From assembly GCA_038240875.1 (NCBI GenBank), contig JBBRGG010000001.1:1-54997 (forward strand): a stretch of DNA of 54,997 nucleotides, read 5' to 3'. Below, one piece after another: positions 15,244 through 24,582 of the stretch (within the stretch, counting starts at the first letter, position 1; each line of letters opens with the position of its first letter). The position numbers and the translations under genes are program-made. This stretch comes from Phycisphaerales bacterium. GTDB lineage: Bacteria > Planctomycetota > Phycisphaerae > Phycisphaerales > UBA1924. Below the pieces are notes generated by a model, which was given only the letters and a program-made list of their open reading frames with translations, was not told the DNA's origin and did no database searches.

Positions 15244-18120
15244 ATGAGCGGCATCACCAGCGGCGTCGGCATCTTCAGCGGCATCGACTCGCGCAGCATC
15301 ATCGATCAACTCATCGCGGTCGAAAGCCGTCCAAAGCAACAGGCACAAAACCGAATCTTTCAGTTGCAGCTACAGAATGGCGCGTACCTCGATATCAACA
15401 CTCGCTTGAACGCACTTAAAACAGCGTCCTCTGCGTTCCGTACTAACAACACATTTTCTTCGAAAACATCTACATCCTCGAACGAGGAAGTCTTGAAGGC
15501 CACCGCGTCCAACACGGCGATATCTGGCACGTACCAGTTTATCGTTGATCGCCTGGTTTCTTCGCAGCAGAACCTCTCGCGCGGTATCGCCACGCGGAAC
15601 CAGACCGCGCTGGGCCTGACCAATGTCACTCTTGAATCATCCGCAGCACGCCTGGACCGCGATGTTTCCTTGAGCGATCTCAACAACGGTGCAGGCGTGC
15701 GTCGCGGCAAGCTCTCGATCACGGATTCGCTGGGTGCGAACGCCGTCGTCGATCTGTCGCGCGCCACGTCGGTGCAGGAAGTTCTGGACACGATCAATGA
15801 TGCCTCAGGCGTTCGTGTCACGGCATCGGTCCAAGGCGGGCGATTCGTTATTACCGATGATAACGGCGGCGTCAGCTCGGTTTCCAATGTTTCCGGGTCG
15901 AACGTAGCGACCGATCTTGGCTTGACGGGCGTCAGTTCTTCGGGCGGCGCGATCACGGGTAATCTTGTGTACTCACTCTCGCGTTCGACGAGCCTTAACG
16001 CGCTGGGCGATGGCCGAGGCGTTTCGATCCGCAATGTCGTGGGCGAAGATGCCTACACATTTACCATCAACATCGCGGGTACTTCACCCGCGAGCGTTCG
16101 CGTCAATCTCGGCGAAGTCTGGCAGACACAAAGCGGCACGCTCACGCGTACCAAGGGCGAAGCCGCAACCGTTGGCGAAGTCGTTGATCGCATCAACACA
16201 GGGCTTACCGCCGCTGGCGTGACCACGGTCGCCGCGAGCATAAACGCGAATAATGGCCGCCTTGAAATACGTGATTCCACTGGCGATCAGGCGGTTTCCG
16301 TCGTTGAGAATGGCGGCAATACCGCACGCGATCTTGGCCTTCTTGCCGATCCAGATGGTGGCAACATCCTGGGCAATCGAATCTTCTCGGGCCTCAACAC
16401 CACACTCATCTCCGGCGTCAACGGCGGCAAGGGCTTTACCGGCAATGGCGTCCTCAACTTTCAAGCACGCGATGGCACTACCTTTTCCACTACACTAAGC
16501 AAAGACGCCACGCTCGCCGAAGTAGCTTCGCAGATCGAAGTCGCTTCTAGAAATAGTGGTGGGCCTCAGCGTCTGAAAGTTACGCTGAATAACGACGGCA
16601 CGGGCTTGCAGATCACCGACATCACCGGCGCGACAACATCAAACCTCGTGATTACCGGAGCCGTCGGCAACGACACCGCCACTTCGCTCGGGATCTCGAC
16701 GGGCAGCAGCGGCGTCGCGGCCAACGCGGTCAAGGGCGGCAACCTTCAGCGTCAATATATTTCCGGCGCAACGCTGGTTTCTTCGCTTAACCAAGGCAAG
16801 GGGATTGGTGCGGGCGTCTTCCGAATCACCGACGCGCAGAACAACGTCGCACTCATCGACATCGCCAGCGACACTCGCACGATTGACGATTTGCTACGCG
16901 AGATCAACGCGACCAACCTCAACGTCATCGCCCGCGTCAATTCCAACGGCGACGGTATCGAGATCGTCGAAGACGTCGTAGGCCCGATTGGAAGCAACGC
17001 TATCAAGATCGAAGACACCCGTGGCTCGGTCGCCGCCTCTCTCAACATCGCGGGCACGGCCAAGGGCGTCGGCGTGCTCAACACGCTCAACGGGACGTAC
17101 GAGCGCAATGTCGAACTTTCCGCAGCGGACACGCTCGAACAAGTCGTGAACAAGATTAACTCTGCGAAGGCGGGCGTGTCGGCGGCGATCATTCGCGACG
17201 GTAACGGTGCTACGCCATTCCGGCTTTCACTCGCGAGCAATGCAACGGGCAGCAGCGGACGCGTCATCATTTCATCCACTGGTGAGGATCTTGCGCTTTC
17301 CACGCTTGATTCAGGGAGCGATTCGCGTGCTTTCTTCGGGTCTTCGGATCCTGCCAGGGCTCTGGTTGTCGGTGGATCCACCAATACGCTTGACGATGTA
17401 CTCACCGGTGTGCGCATCGACCTCAAGGGTGTGAGCGCTAATCCTGTGAGCCTCAGCATCACCAACGACACGGGCGCCATCGAGAGTGCAGTAAACCTCT
17501 TTGTGTCCGCGTTCAACACCGTGGTTGATCGAATCGATTTCCAGTCGCGCTATGACCAGGCAACCAACAGAAGCCAGCCCCTCGTCGGCGACGGTACCGC
17601 TCGCGAGCTGCGCAGCCAGTTATTTAACGCGATATCAGCGCCGTCACGAGGCACCACCGGAACGTTCAACCGGCTTTCACAGATCGGCGTCAGCATTACC
17701 TCTGGCGGCAACCTTACGGTCAACACCGATACGCTTCGGGCCGCTCTCGCGCAAGATCCCGCGAGCGTCGAAGCACTCTTTACCGCGCGCCAAGCCGTTG
17801 ACGATACCAATATCGATCTGGGTAACGGCATCACTGCACGAAACCCAAATTCGGGCCAGACTTTCTCGACGCTGAGCGTTGCGGGAATCGTCGAACAGCT
17901 CGCCGATCGCTACATCAACAACACCTCCGGCGTTCTTACAGGTCGCAGCAATTCGATCCAGACACAGATTACGATTCAGAACTCGCGTATTTCCGGGTTT
18001 GATAGCCGCTTGGCGAATAGCCGACTTGTACTGGAGCGCAGATTTCTCGCGATGGAAAAGGCGATCGGAGGCCTTCAATCGCAATCTTCCGCGCTCAACT
18101 CGATCCAGCGTATCGGGTAG
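15244..18120 (+). CDS. fliD: Flagellar filament cap protein FliD (hook-associated protein 2), unusually long (958 aa)
   Basis: GGGAGG lies 7 nt upstream of ATG 15244. The N-terminus MSGITSGVGIFSGIDSRSIIDQLIAVESRPKQQAQNRI and the C-terminus ...RLANSRLVLERRFLAMEKAIGGLQSQSSALNSI match the conserved FliD termini. fliS follows immediately. Confidence 0.88.
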   Translation: MSGITSGVGIFSGIDSRSIIDQLIAVESRPKQQAQNRIFQLQLQNGAYLDINTRLNALKTASSAFRTNNTFSSKTSTSSNEEVLKATASNTAISGTYQFIVDRLVSSQQNLSRGIATRNQTALGLTNVTLESSAARLDRDVSLSDLNNGAGVRRGKLSITDSLGANAVVDLSRATSVQEVLDTINDASGVRVTASVQGGRFVITDDNGGVSSVSNVSGSNVATDLGLTGVSSSGGAITGNLVYSLSRSTSLNALGDGRGVSIRNVVGEDAYTFTINIAGTSPASVRVNLGEVWQTQSGTLTRTKGEAATVGEVVDRINTGLTAAGVTTVAASINANNGRLEIRDSTGDQAVSVVENGGNTARDLGLLADPDGGNILGNRIFSGLNTTLISGVNGGKGFTGNGVLNFQARDGTTFSTTLSKDATLAEVASQIEVASRNSGGPQRLKVTLNNDGTGLQITDITGATTSNLVITGAVGNDTATSLGISTGSSGVAANAVKGGNLQRQYISGATLVSSLNQGKGIGAGVFRITDAQNNVALIDIASDTRTIDDLLREINATNLNVIARVNSNGDGIEIVEDVVGPIGSNAIKIEDTRGSVAASLNIAGTAKGVGVLNTLNGTYERNVELSAADTLEQVVNKINSAKAGVSAAIIRDGNGATPFRLSLASNATGSSGRVIISSTGEDLALSTLDSGSDSRAFFGSSDPARALVVGGSTNTLDDVLTGVRIDLKGVSANPVSLSITNDTGAIESAVNLFVSAFNTVVDRIDFQSRYDQATNRSQPLVGDGTARELRSQLFNAISAPSRGTTGTFNRLSQIGVSITSGGNLTVNTDTLRAALAQDPASVEALFTARQAVDDTNIDLGNGITARNPNSGQTFSTLSVAGIVEQLADRYINNTSGVLTGRSNSIQTQITIQNSRISGFDSRLANSRLVLERRFLAMEKAIGGLQSQSSALNSIQRIG

Positions 18121-18182
18121 GTTCATTTGAATGACGTTCACTCAAGCATAACTTGCTGAGCATGCACAAAGCAAAGTCCGTT

Positions 18183-18209
18183 TAACCCAAGCTTCCAATC
18201 TGCCGATAG
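18183..18209 (+). promoter_or_regulatory. Candidate sigma-28 (FliA)-type promoter upstream of fliS
   Basis: TAAC-N15-GCCGATAG, compared with the consensus TAAA-N15-GCCGATAA. It ends 8 nt before the first in-frame ATG of fliS. Confidence 0.3.
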
Positions 18210-18216
18210 CCTTCGC

Positions 18217-18882
18217 ATGACCGCTTACGCACCCAAGTTTCTCATGCAGAATCAGACGACCAACGGCGGGCAATCAGCCACGTCGGGTGGCACTTCGGGT
18301 GGTACGTTGGGTGGTATGCATACTGCGAATGCACAACCCCAAGGCAACAACACACAGTCGAACACGACCGCGCAAGCCTATTTGCGCACGCGCGTCATGA
18401 CGGCTCCGCCCGAAGAGCTTCGCATGATGCTCTTGGATGGTTCGGCGAAATTTGCCAGGCAGGCGCGCGAGGCCTTGGATCGCAAGGACTTTGAGGGTCA
18501 GTACCTAGGCACGACCAACTGCCGAAATATCGTCTTTGAATTGATGACCACGATCCGCGAAGAGCCCAACCCAGAACTTGCGTCGCAAGTGAAATCGCTA
18601 TACGCATACATTTATAAGCTACTGACCGAAGCCTCTCTTGAACGCGATGGCGGAAAGTATGATAAGGTCATCGAACTACTGGATTATGAACGCGACACAT
18701 GGGCGATGGCAATCAAGCAACTTGTTGTGGAACGAGCCAGCGGAAGCACGCCAAGCTCGATGGCTCCTGCATCTGCTACTTCTTCGGCTCAGGCTTCAGC
18801 CGCGCCAGCCGTGCTGCCATTTAGCGCTCCAGCCGCGACCAACCTTGCAACGTCTCGTGCACCGCTGTCGATTCAAGGCTGA
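18217..18882 (+). CDS. fliS: Flagellar export chaperone FliS with low-complexity N- and C-terminal extensions
   Basis: The core AYLRTRVMTAPPEELRMMLLDGSAKFARQAREAL...NIVFELMTTI....LASQVKSLYAYIYKLLTEASLERD..KYDKVIELL is FliS-like, and the gene sits directly after fliD. The start could instead be ATG 18244. Confidence 0.85.
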   Translation: MTAYAPKFLMQNQTTNGGQSATSGGTSGGTLGGMHTANAQPQGNNTQSNTTAQAYLRTRVMTAPPEELRMMLLDGSAKFARQAREALDRKDFEGQYLGTTNCRNIVFELMTTIREEPNPELASQVKSLYAYIYKLLTEASLERDGGKYDKVIELLDYERDTWAMAIKQLVVERASGSTPSSMAPASATSSAQASAAPAVLPFSAPAATNLATSRAPLSIQG

Positions 18883-18987
18883 TCTTAACTAAGCAAATCC
18901 AATTGGTTTAAGTCCAAGAACACGATTGGACACTGTGTTGTTTGGCGAGCAACGCCGCCGAAGCTCGCATGTTCGGCTTGGCTAAAG

Positions 18988-20331
18988 TTGGACTTGGCTA
19001 AACGCGCTTCACGATCACCACCTTTGGCACAGACCGTGCCTCTTGCTGACCCTGCTCTCCAGCCGGCGGCAACACCCGCGCCCAAGCGACTTGATGAAGT
19101 TCTCGGCCAGGATCATGCTCTTGATGTCCTCACGCGTGCGCTCGATGCCGGTCGCATCCACCACGCGTGGATCTTTCATGGTCCGATGGGCGTTGGAAAG
19201 CGAACCACGGCGTTGGCGTTTGCCGCGTTGCTCTTGGATAGTGGCACGCAGCGAACGTTTAGTGGCGTGTGGGAAGCCGACCCAATGAGCAAGGCTTCGC
19301 AACTACTTGCTGCGGGCACGCACCCTGATCTTCATTTGATCACCAAAGAGCTCGCGCTCTACGACGAAGACCGCACAGTCCGCGAGCGCAAGCTGGCAAC
19401 GATTCCCAAGGCGGTCATTACCAAGCATCTGATCGAGCCTTCGCAGCTTGCTTCGCAGATGCAAGGCGGGCTCGCGTCCAAGGTGTTCATCATCGATGAA
19501 GCCGAATTACTTGATCGGTCTCTCTCCAACGCACCGGTACAGAACGCGATCTTGAAGACGCTGGAAGAGCCGCCGGATCGCACGGTGATTATTCTGATCA
19601 CGTCGAACGAGGATCGATTGCTGCCGACGATCCGCAGCCGCTGCCATCGTGTTCGCTTTGGGCCTTTGACAAGCACGGCGTTCGCGCAGTGGTCGCGTGG
19701 CTACGTTGCACAGAGAGCCAGCGGATCAGCATTGCACACCGGCAACGGGCGCGATGAAGACAAAGACTCTGACGATGATTCTTCCGATTCATCGGTGGAC
19801 TCAGCGGACTTTGATTCGCCCGGCAACGGAAACCAAGCTGCGAGCACATCATCGCGTGCGCTCTCGCATGAAGCAGTCGCATGGCTGACAGAGTTTGCCG
19901 ACGGGTCGCCGGGGATCTTTGCGCTGGCTGCGGACGAAGGGTTTCATGAGTGGGCGGCCAAGCTCGCCGGGCCTTTGGATAGCGCGATCAAGGGGACATA
20001 TTCGCTTGCGCTTGGGCCTGTGCTGTATGAGCTTGCCGAGGGATATTCCAAAGGCATCGTCGCGGCAGCGGAGAATGCTAGCAAAGAAGCCGCAAATCGT
20101 AAGGCGGCAGATTGGTTGTTGCGGTTGGTGTGCACACGGTTGCGTGCTTCGCTGCGTACGTCGGTCAAGCAGGTAGCCGCGGGCACGAATGCGGCAACAC
20201 GCGTGCGAACCGATAGCATGCTTCACGCGATTGATGCGGTGCGTGAGGCTGAGAGCGAGCTGGATGCGAATGTGAACCCGCTGTTTGTGTTTGAGAAGTT
20301 GGCGGCGGAGATCGCAGCGGGACACGCGTAA
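18988..20331 (+). CDS. holB: DNA polymerase III subunit delta' (HolB)
   Basis: LDEVLGQDHALDVLTRALDAGRIHHAWIFHGPMGVGKRTTALAFAALLL, KVFIIDEAELL, NAILKTLEEPP and IRSRCHRVRF form the clamp-loader AAA+ motif set. There is an acidic/Ser-rich insertion in the C-terminal half. The TTG start is uncertain. Confidence 0.8.
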   Translation: MDLAKRASRSPPLAQTVPLADPALQPAATPAPKRLDEVLGQDHALDVLTRALDAGRIHHAWIFHGPMGVGKRTTALAFAALLLDSGTQRTFSGVWEADPMSKASQLLAAGTHPDLHLITKELALYDEDRTVRERKLATIPKAVITKHLIEPSQLASQMQGGLASKVFIIDEAELLDRSLSNAPVQNAILKTLEEPPDRTVIILITSNEDRLLPTIRSRCHRVRFGPLTSTAFAQWSRGYVAQRASGSALHTGNGRDEDKDSDDDSSDSSVDSADFDSPGNGNQAASTSSRALSHEAVAWLTEFADGSPGIFALAADEGFHEWAAKLAGPLDSAIKGTYSLALGPVLYELAEGYSKGIVAAAENASKEAANRKAADWLLRLVCTRLRASLRTSVKQVAAGTNAATRVRTDSMLHAIDAVREAESELDANVNPLFVFEKLAAEIAAGHA

Positions 20332-20429
20332 GTGAGCGAAGAAAGAGCGATACATCGCGGACAGGTTTGAAAGCAGAACTGTGTGCGTGTGTGAACGCAC
20401 GGAAAGTTTCGCTTGTTGAAGTACACTGA

Positions 20430-20469
20430 GTAAAAAATGAAACGAACCCTGGACATGTGCCCGGGGTTC
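20430..20469 (-). terminator. Candidate rho-independent terminator after rpsG
   Basis: On the minus strand: GAACCC-N14-GGGTTC, followed by GTTTCATTTTTT. It begins about 30 nt after the rpsG stop. Confidence 0.45.
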
Positions 20470-20498
20470 GCGAAGAAGTTTGATTTGACTAGCTTTTT

Positions 20499-20996
20499 TT
20501 AGCCAGCAAAGTGTGCGAAGGCGCGGTTGGCTTCGGCCATGCGGTGGGTCTGGTCACGAGTCTGCATCGCCTTGCCTTCTTTCTTCGCTGCGGCGTAGAT
20601 TTCGTCGGCGAGACGGTTGGCGATGGGACGGCCGCCTTCGGCGCGAACCGAGTCGATGATCCAGCGGAACGCGAGGCTCTGCTGACGCTTGCGGTTGACC
20701 TGCATGGGAACCTGATAGTTGGCACCGCCGATTCGCTTGCTGCGAACTTCGACGAAGGGCTTTACGTTCTCGATTGCCATGTGGAATACCGCGATGGATT
20801 CCTTGGGGGCGTTGGGGTCGGTTTCCTTGACCAGCTTCTCTTGAATCGCGTCGAGCGCGCCGTAGACATTGCGGACGGCGACCGACTTCTTGCCGTCGTA
20901 CATGATGCAATTGATGAAGCGGCTGAGGACGATATCGTTGTAGCGAGAATCGGGCTTGAGCTGCTCGGCTGCACTGGTGAAACGCTTGCGACCCAT
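20499..20996 (-). CDS. rpsG: 30S ribosomal protein S7
   Basis: LKPDSRYNDIVLSRFINCIMYDGKKSVA...VEVRSKRIGGANYQVPMQV...AMQTRDQTHRMAEANRAFAHF. It lies downstream of rpsL. Confidence 0.95.
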   Translation of the reverse strand: MGRKRFTSAAEQLKPDSRYNDIVLSRFINCIMYDGKKSVAVRNVYGALDAIQEKLVKETDPNAPKESIAVFHMAIENVKPFVEVRSKRIGGANYQVPMQVNRKRQQSLAFRWIIDSVRAEGGRPIANRLADEIYAAAKKEGKAMQTRDQTHRMAEANRAFAHFAG

Positions 20997-21215
20997 CGTG
21001 AAACTCCTGTTGGCTGACGTACCCGGCCATCTGGCTACGTGTCGTTCACCGCATCAAACTCGTGCGACGCTGCACGGCAGACGCGATTACTGCCGGCATG
21101 AACACTGCCTTTCCAAAGGCGTACGTGCTATGCCAACGTGATTGAACTGGTTGAGAATGAAATGTCGAGGTAAAGTCTGAATGCGAAGTGAATTCAAGGG
21201 GAATCGCTGCAAGGT

Positions 21216-21602
21216 TTACTTCGCCGCGGCTACCTTGGCTCGCTTGGCGCCGTACTTGGAGCGGCCCTTCTTGCGGCCTTCGACGCCGAGGCAGTCCAGC
21301 GTGCCACGCACGATGTGGTAGCGCACGCCGGGAAGGTCGCGTACGCGGCCACCACGCACGAGCACAATTGAGTGCTCTTGGAGGTTGTGGCCTTCGCCAC
21401 CGATGTACGCCGTGACTTCCTTGCCGTTGCTCAAACGAACACGCGCGATTTTGCGCAATGCCGAGTTAGGCTTTTTGGGAGTCGTGGTGCGGACAATGAG
21501 GCATACGCCGCGACGCTGCGGGCATTCCTCGATATCCTTCACCTTGTTGATCTTGGCGAGTGGTCGGCGGGGCTTGCGAACAAGTTGATTAATCGTGGGC
21601 AT
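21216..21602 (-). CDS. rpsL: 30S ribosomal protein S12
   Basis: [13 protein letters not shown]...[74 protein letters not shown]. Confidence 0.97.
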   Translation of the reverse strand: MPTINQLVRKPRRPLAKINKVKDIEECPQRRGVCLIVRTTTPKKPNSALRKIARVRLSNGKEVTAYIGGEGHNLQEHSIVLVRGGRVRDLPGVRYHIVRGTLDCLGVEGRKKGRSKYGAKRAKVAAAK

Positions 21603-21877
21603 ATGGGTCTCGTCCTGCCGCCCTTCCGGGGCGGGACCAGAATACTAGGCTTCATACAACGTTCGGCAAGCCAAGTCGCCCCAACTGCGACACATCTTCT
21701 GTCCGATGGCTCCACTTTTTCTTCAAGACGCGAAGCTGGAACCACTCGCGCATGCCTATTTGATCCCTAACGAGCTGTGATCTTCGTTCATCTATCACCT
21801 ATTTTAATGCCTTTGCTCCCCCTGTACATGTAACCAGAGCACACTTGCATTCTTTCTCGCTATCCTTAAAGACACGT

Positions 21878-22315
21878 ATGCCAAAGAAGCCACAAATGCA
21901 CAACCCGGACACGACCAAAACCGCCAAATCCTCGCGCGCTTCGAAACCTGTAGATAAATCAACTCCATCTTATAAGGGTAATTCTCGCACGCGTGTCGCG
22001 CTTGAACCTGCCCTCGACGTCTCCTTCCGTGAGTTTCAGCAGTTAATTTACGATCGTTACTACGCCTCCGACGCGGCCCGAGGCGTTCCAGGCACGTTCA
22101 TGTGGCTTATCGAAGAAGTCGGCGAGCTCGCGACCGCTTTGCAAGACAACGCACCAGGCAAATCCCCCACTGCTGCGGAGAAAGCGAACCTTCAAGAAGA
22201 GTTCGCCGACGTGCTCGCATGGCTGACCACCATCGCCAACATCGCGGGCGTAGACCTAGCGTCAACGCTTACCAAGTACACCGACAAGGACCGCGTCAAA
22301 GGCGTAAAGTCGTAA
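21878..22315 (+). CDS. MazG-type nucleotide pyrophosphohydrolase domain protein
   Basis: FMWLIEEVGELATAL....EEFADVLAWLTTIANIAGVDL carries the EExxE/ExxD helix pair typical of the MazG/all-alpha NTP-PPase fold. Start chosen at ATG 21878. Confidence 0.72.
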   Translation: MPKKPQMHNPDTTKTAKSSRASKPVDKSTPSYKGNSRTRVALEPALDVSFREFQQLIYDRYYASDAARGVPGTFMWLIEEVGELATALQDNAPGKSPTAAEKANLQEEFADVLAWLTTIANIAGVDLASTLTKYTDKDRVKGVKS

Positions 22316-22349
22316 CCGCCTAGAGCACACGCTTCCATAGAGCGCGGTA

Positions 22350-22577
22350 TCAATCTTTGGACTTGCCCGCACGCATCAAGCGTTCGCCTTGCTCGGGCGT
22401 CATCGAACCCTCGGCGATGTACGCCGCAATTTCGCGTCGGCTACGTTCGCGGCCCAATGATTCAATCACGCTGGCGATTGTTCGAATAAGCACTATGCCG
22501 ACAATAAAGCCGCCGATCATAGCGATGGGAATAACGTCGTTGGTCATCGCCAGAGTTGGGTTCAGCAGCGTGTTCAT
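22350..22577 (-). CDS. Small single-pass membrane protein, hypothetical
   Basis: 75 aa with one TM span (VIPIAMIGGFIVGIVLIRTIASVI) followed by a charged tail. GGAG lies about 11 nt upstream of the ATG. Codon third-position GC is similar to the neighbouring genes. Confidence 0.45.
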   Translation of the reverse strand: MNTLLNPTLAMTNDVIPIAMIGGFIVGIVLIRTIASVIESLGRERSRREIAAYIAEGSMTPEQGERLMRAGKSKD

Positions 22578-22784
22578 CGTGCGTGGACTCCAATTCGTGC
22601 GTGTTCTGGCGAATCCAAAAGGTTATTCTACTTTCAACTAACTGCGTGATCCACAAACTATAGAGGCGCGGCGTGCCTCACAGTTGGCCAGTTCTCTTCC
22701 TGTCCTTGGGAACCGCACGGCTACGGTTTCGCGTCAAACCTCGCTGCCTTCATACGCTTTGACGGCCACGAAACCTGACCTTTC

Positions 22785-23564
22785 ATGGGTACCTTTTCAA
22801 TCAAGCCCAATCAGCCAAATCCCGCAGCCAATGCGTTGACGCCTCAGGAGTATGGCGTCATCGAACAAGGGCTCGCGATGTACGCACAAGGTTGGTTTCC
22901 CATGGCGGAAAGTTTCAATGCTCGCGCCAATCGCGTGAAATGGGTACAGCCTGAATCTCGCGCGTTGATTCCGCTCGACCACGCCTTCCACATTCCAAAG
23001 TCACTCGCGCAGCGAGTAAAAAGTGGCCGATTCATCATCACCACCGACACATGCTTTGGCACAGTTATCCGCGCTTGCGCGACTTCTACGCGCATTGATG
23101 AAGAAGGCGATGTCGCCGGGACCTGGCTTCATCCCACCATCATCAGGCTCTTCGAGCTCTTTCACAAGGCAGGCTTCGCTCACTCTATAGAAGCTTGGCG
23201 AGAAAGAGAACCTTCTGAATCAACAACTGCCGACTCAAAGCTCGCGCCCGCGCACAGCGTCGGCAACCACACACTCGTCGGCGGGCTGTATGGCCTTGCG
23301 CTAGGTTCGGCGTTCTGTGGCGAGTCCATGTTTTCGCGCGGCGAGCGGGGCGGCACCGACGCGAGCAAAGTCTGCCTGGTTCACTTGGTAAAGCACCTTC
23401 GTGCGCGTAAATTTACCATGCTTGATGCGCAGCTCGCCAACCCACACCTCGCACGCTTTGGCCAATATGAAATCGAGCAGCATGAGTATCTTGCTCTGCT
23501 TTCAACCTGCGTCAATGAACCTCATGATTGGCAGCCCTTTGTGCCGAATCACACGCTGGCGTAA
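22785..23564 (+). CDS. aat: Leucyl/phenylalanyl-tRNA--protein transferase
   Basis: YAQGWFPMAES...VKWVQPESRALIPLD.FHIPKSL...WLHPTIIRLFELFHKAGFAHSIEAW....LVGGLYGLALGSAFCGESMFSR...DASKVCLVHLVKHL....FTMLDAQ..NPHLARFG. Confidence 0.85.
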   Translation: MGTFSIKPNQPNPAANALTPQEYGVIEQGLAMYAQGWFPMAESFNARANRVKWVQPESRALIPLDHAFHIPKSLAQRVKSGRFIITTDTCFGTVIRACATSTRIDEEGDVAGTWLHPTIIRLFELFHKAGFAHSIEAWREREPSESTTADSKLAPAHSVGNHTLVGGLYGLALGSAFCGESMFSRGERGGTDASKVCLVHLVKHLRARKFTMLDAQLANPHLARFGQYEIEQHEYLALLSTCVNEPHDWQPFVPNHTLA

Positions 23565-23591
23565 TTTGAACTGCCAGGGTTAGCGGCGGCA

Positions 23592-24422
23592 TCATGACGC
23601 GCGCATAGAAATAGACGAGGGCACAGCCGCAGCATTAGTCGTCGCCCGCCACCCTGCGCCGCATTCGGAGCAACAGCCTGCACGAATGTTTCCCGACATG
23701 TCATAGCCACAGATCTGGCACTTGCCTTCGTAGTAGCGTTTGCGTCGCTTGACGAGCAAAGGCAGGAATATCGCTGGCCCAAAGACGACCGCGCCCATCG
23801 CCCCGCAGATCAAGAGCGCGACGTACGTGCCTGCCCAGCAATGGCAGGTTTCTTTCTTCCGCACCAGCGCGTCAAGTGGGATGATCGCCGCGACCTCAAC
23901 AATCGTTCCTACAAACAATTTCGCTGCGAGCCGCGAGAGCATGTCTTCGCGCGAAGGTCCACGGCTAAACGCCACGAGTAACGCCGTACCAAAGAGCCAC
24001 GAAACGCCGACGCCAACGTAAATAAATGTCTTGCTGAAACCTGGCAGTTGAAACACAAACTCGTCCCAGACTTCGCGCGCCGCGAAAATCGCAGCTACAA
24101 GCATCCCGCCGATCACGATCCCGCCCACCGCCATGCTCAGCCACGCCTGGGCGTGTCCCGCGCCGTACCTGGGTTTGTAAACAGGTAGTAGAAACATCAC
24201 TTGCAGAATTGGCGCAAGCATTGCAAACGCGATCATCCAACCGATGAACTCAGGCATCGCGAGCGTGTTCGTGAACGATTGCCACGAAACAACAGGCATC
24301 ACCACGCCACTTGGACCATCGACTTTCCCGACCGATCCGAAAAGAAAGGCGCAAATAACCATCGCGGTCAGAGCTTGAAAGATCCAGAAGAACGCGACCA
24401 AGATCCACTTCGAACGTGTCAT
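23592..24422 (-). CDS. Hypothetical polytopic membrane protein with a C-terminal zinc-ribbon-like motif
   Basis: Multiple hydrophobic spans, then CQICGYDMSGNIRAGCCSECG near the C-terminus. Confidence 0.55.
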   Translation of the reverse strand: MTRSKWILVAFFWIFQALTAMVICAFLFGSVGKVDGPSGVVMPVVSWQSFTNTLAMPEFIGWMIAFAMLAPILQVMFLLPVYKPRYGAGHAQAWLSMAVGGIVIGGMLVAAIFAAREVWDEFVFQLPGFSKTFIYVGVGVSWLFGTALLVAFSRGPSREDMLSRLAAKLFVGTIVEVAAIIPLDALVRKKETCHCWAGTYVALLICGAMGAVVFGPAIFLPLLVKRRKRYYEGKCQICGYDMSGNIRAGCCSECGAGWRATTNAAAVPSSISMRAS

Positions 24423-24582
24423 GCGTGGCTTCCCCGATGAAGGTTTGATTGCCAGTGCCTCACTCTATCTACCATGAAGCGTGCTTGCACGTTGCGTGCT
24501 GGCGATCACTCGAAGTATGCCACGACGCATCACACGTGCTTTGTGCCTGTACGCTCGCGAATTCTCCGCCACTGAGGCTCAC

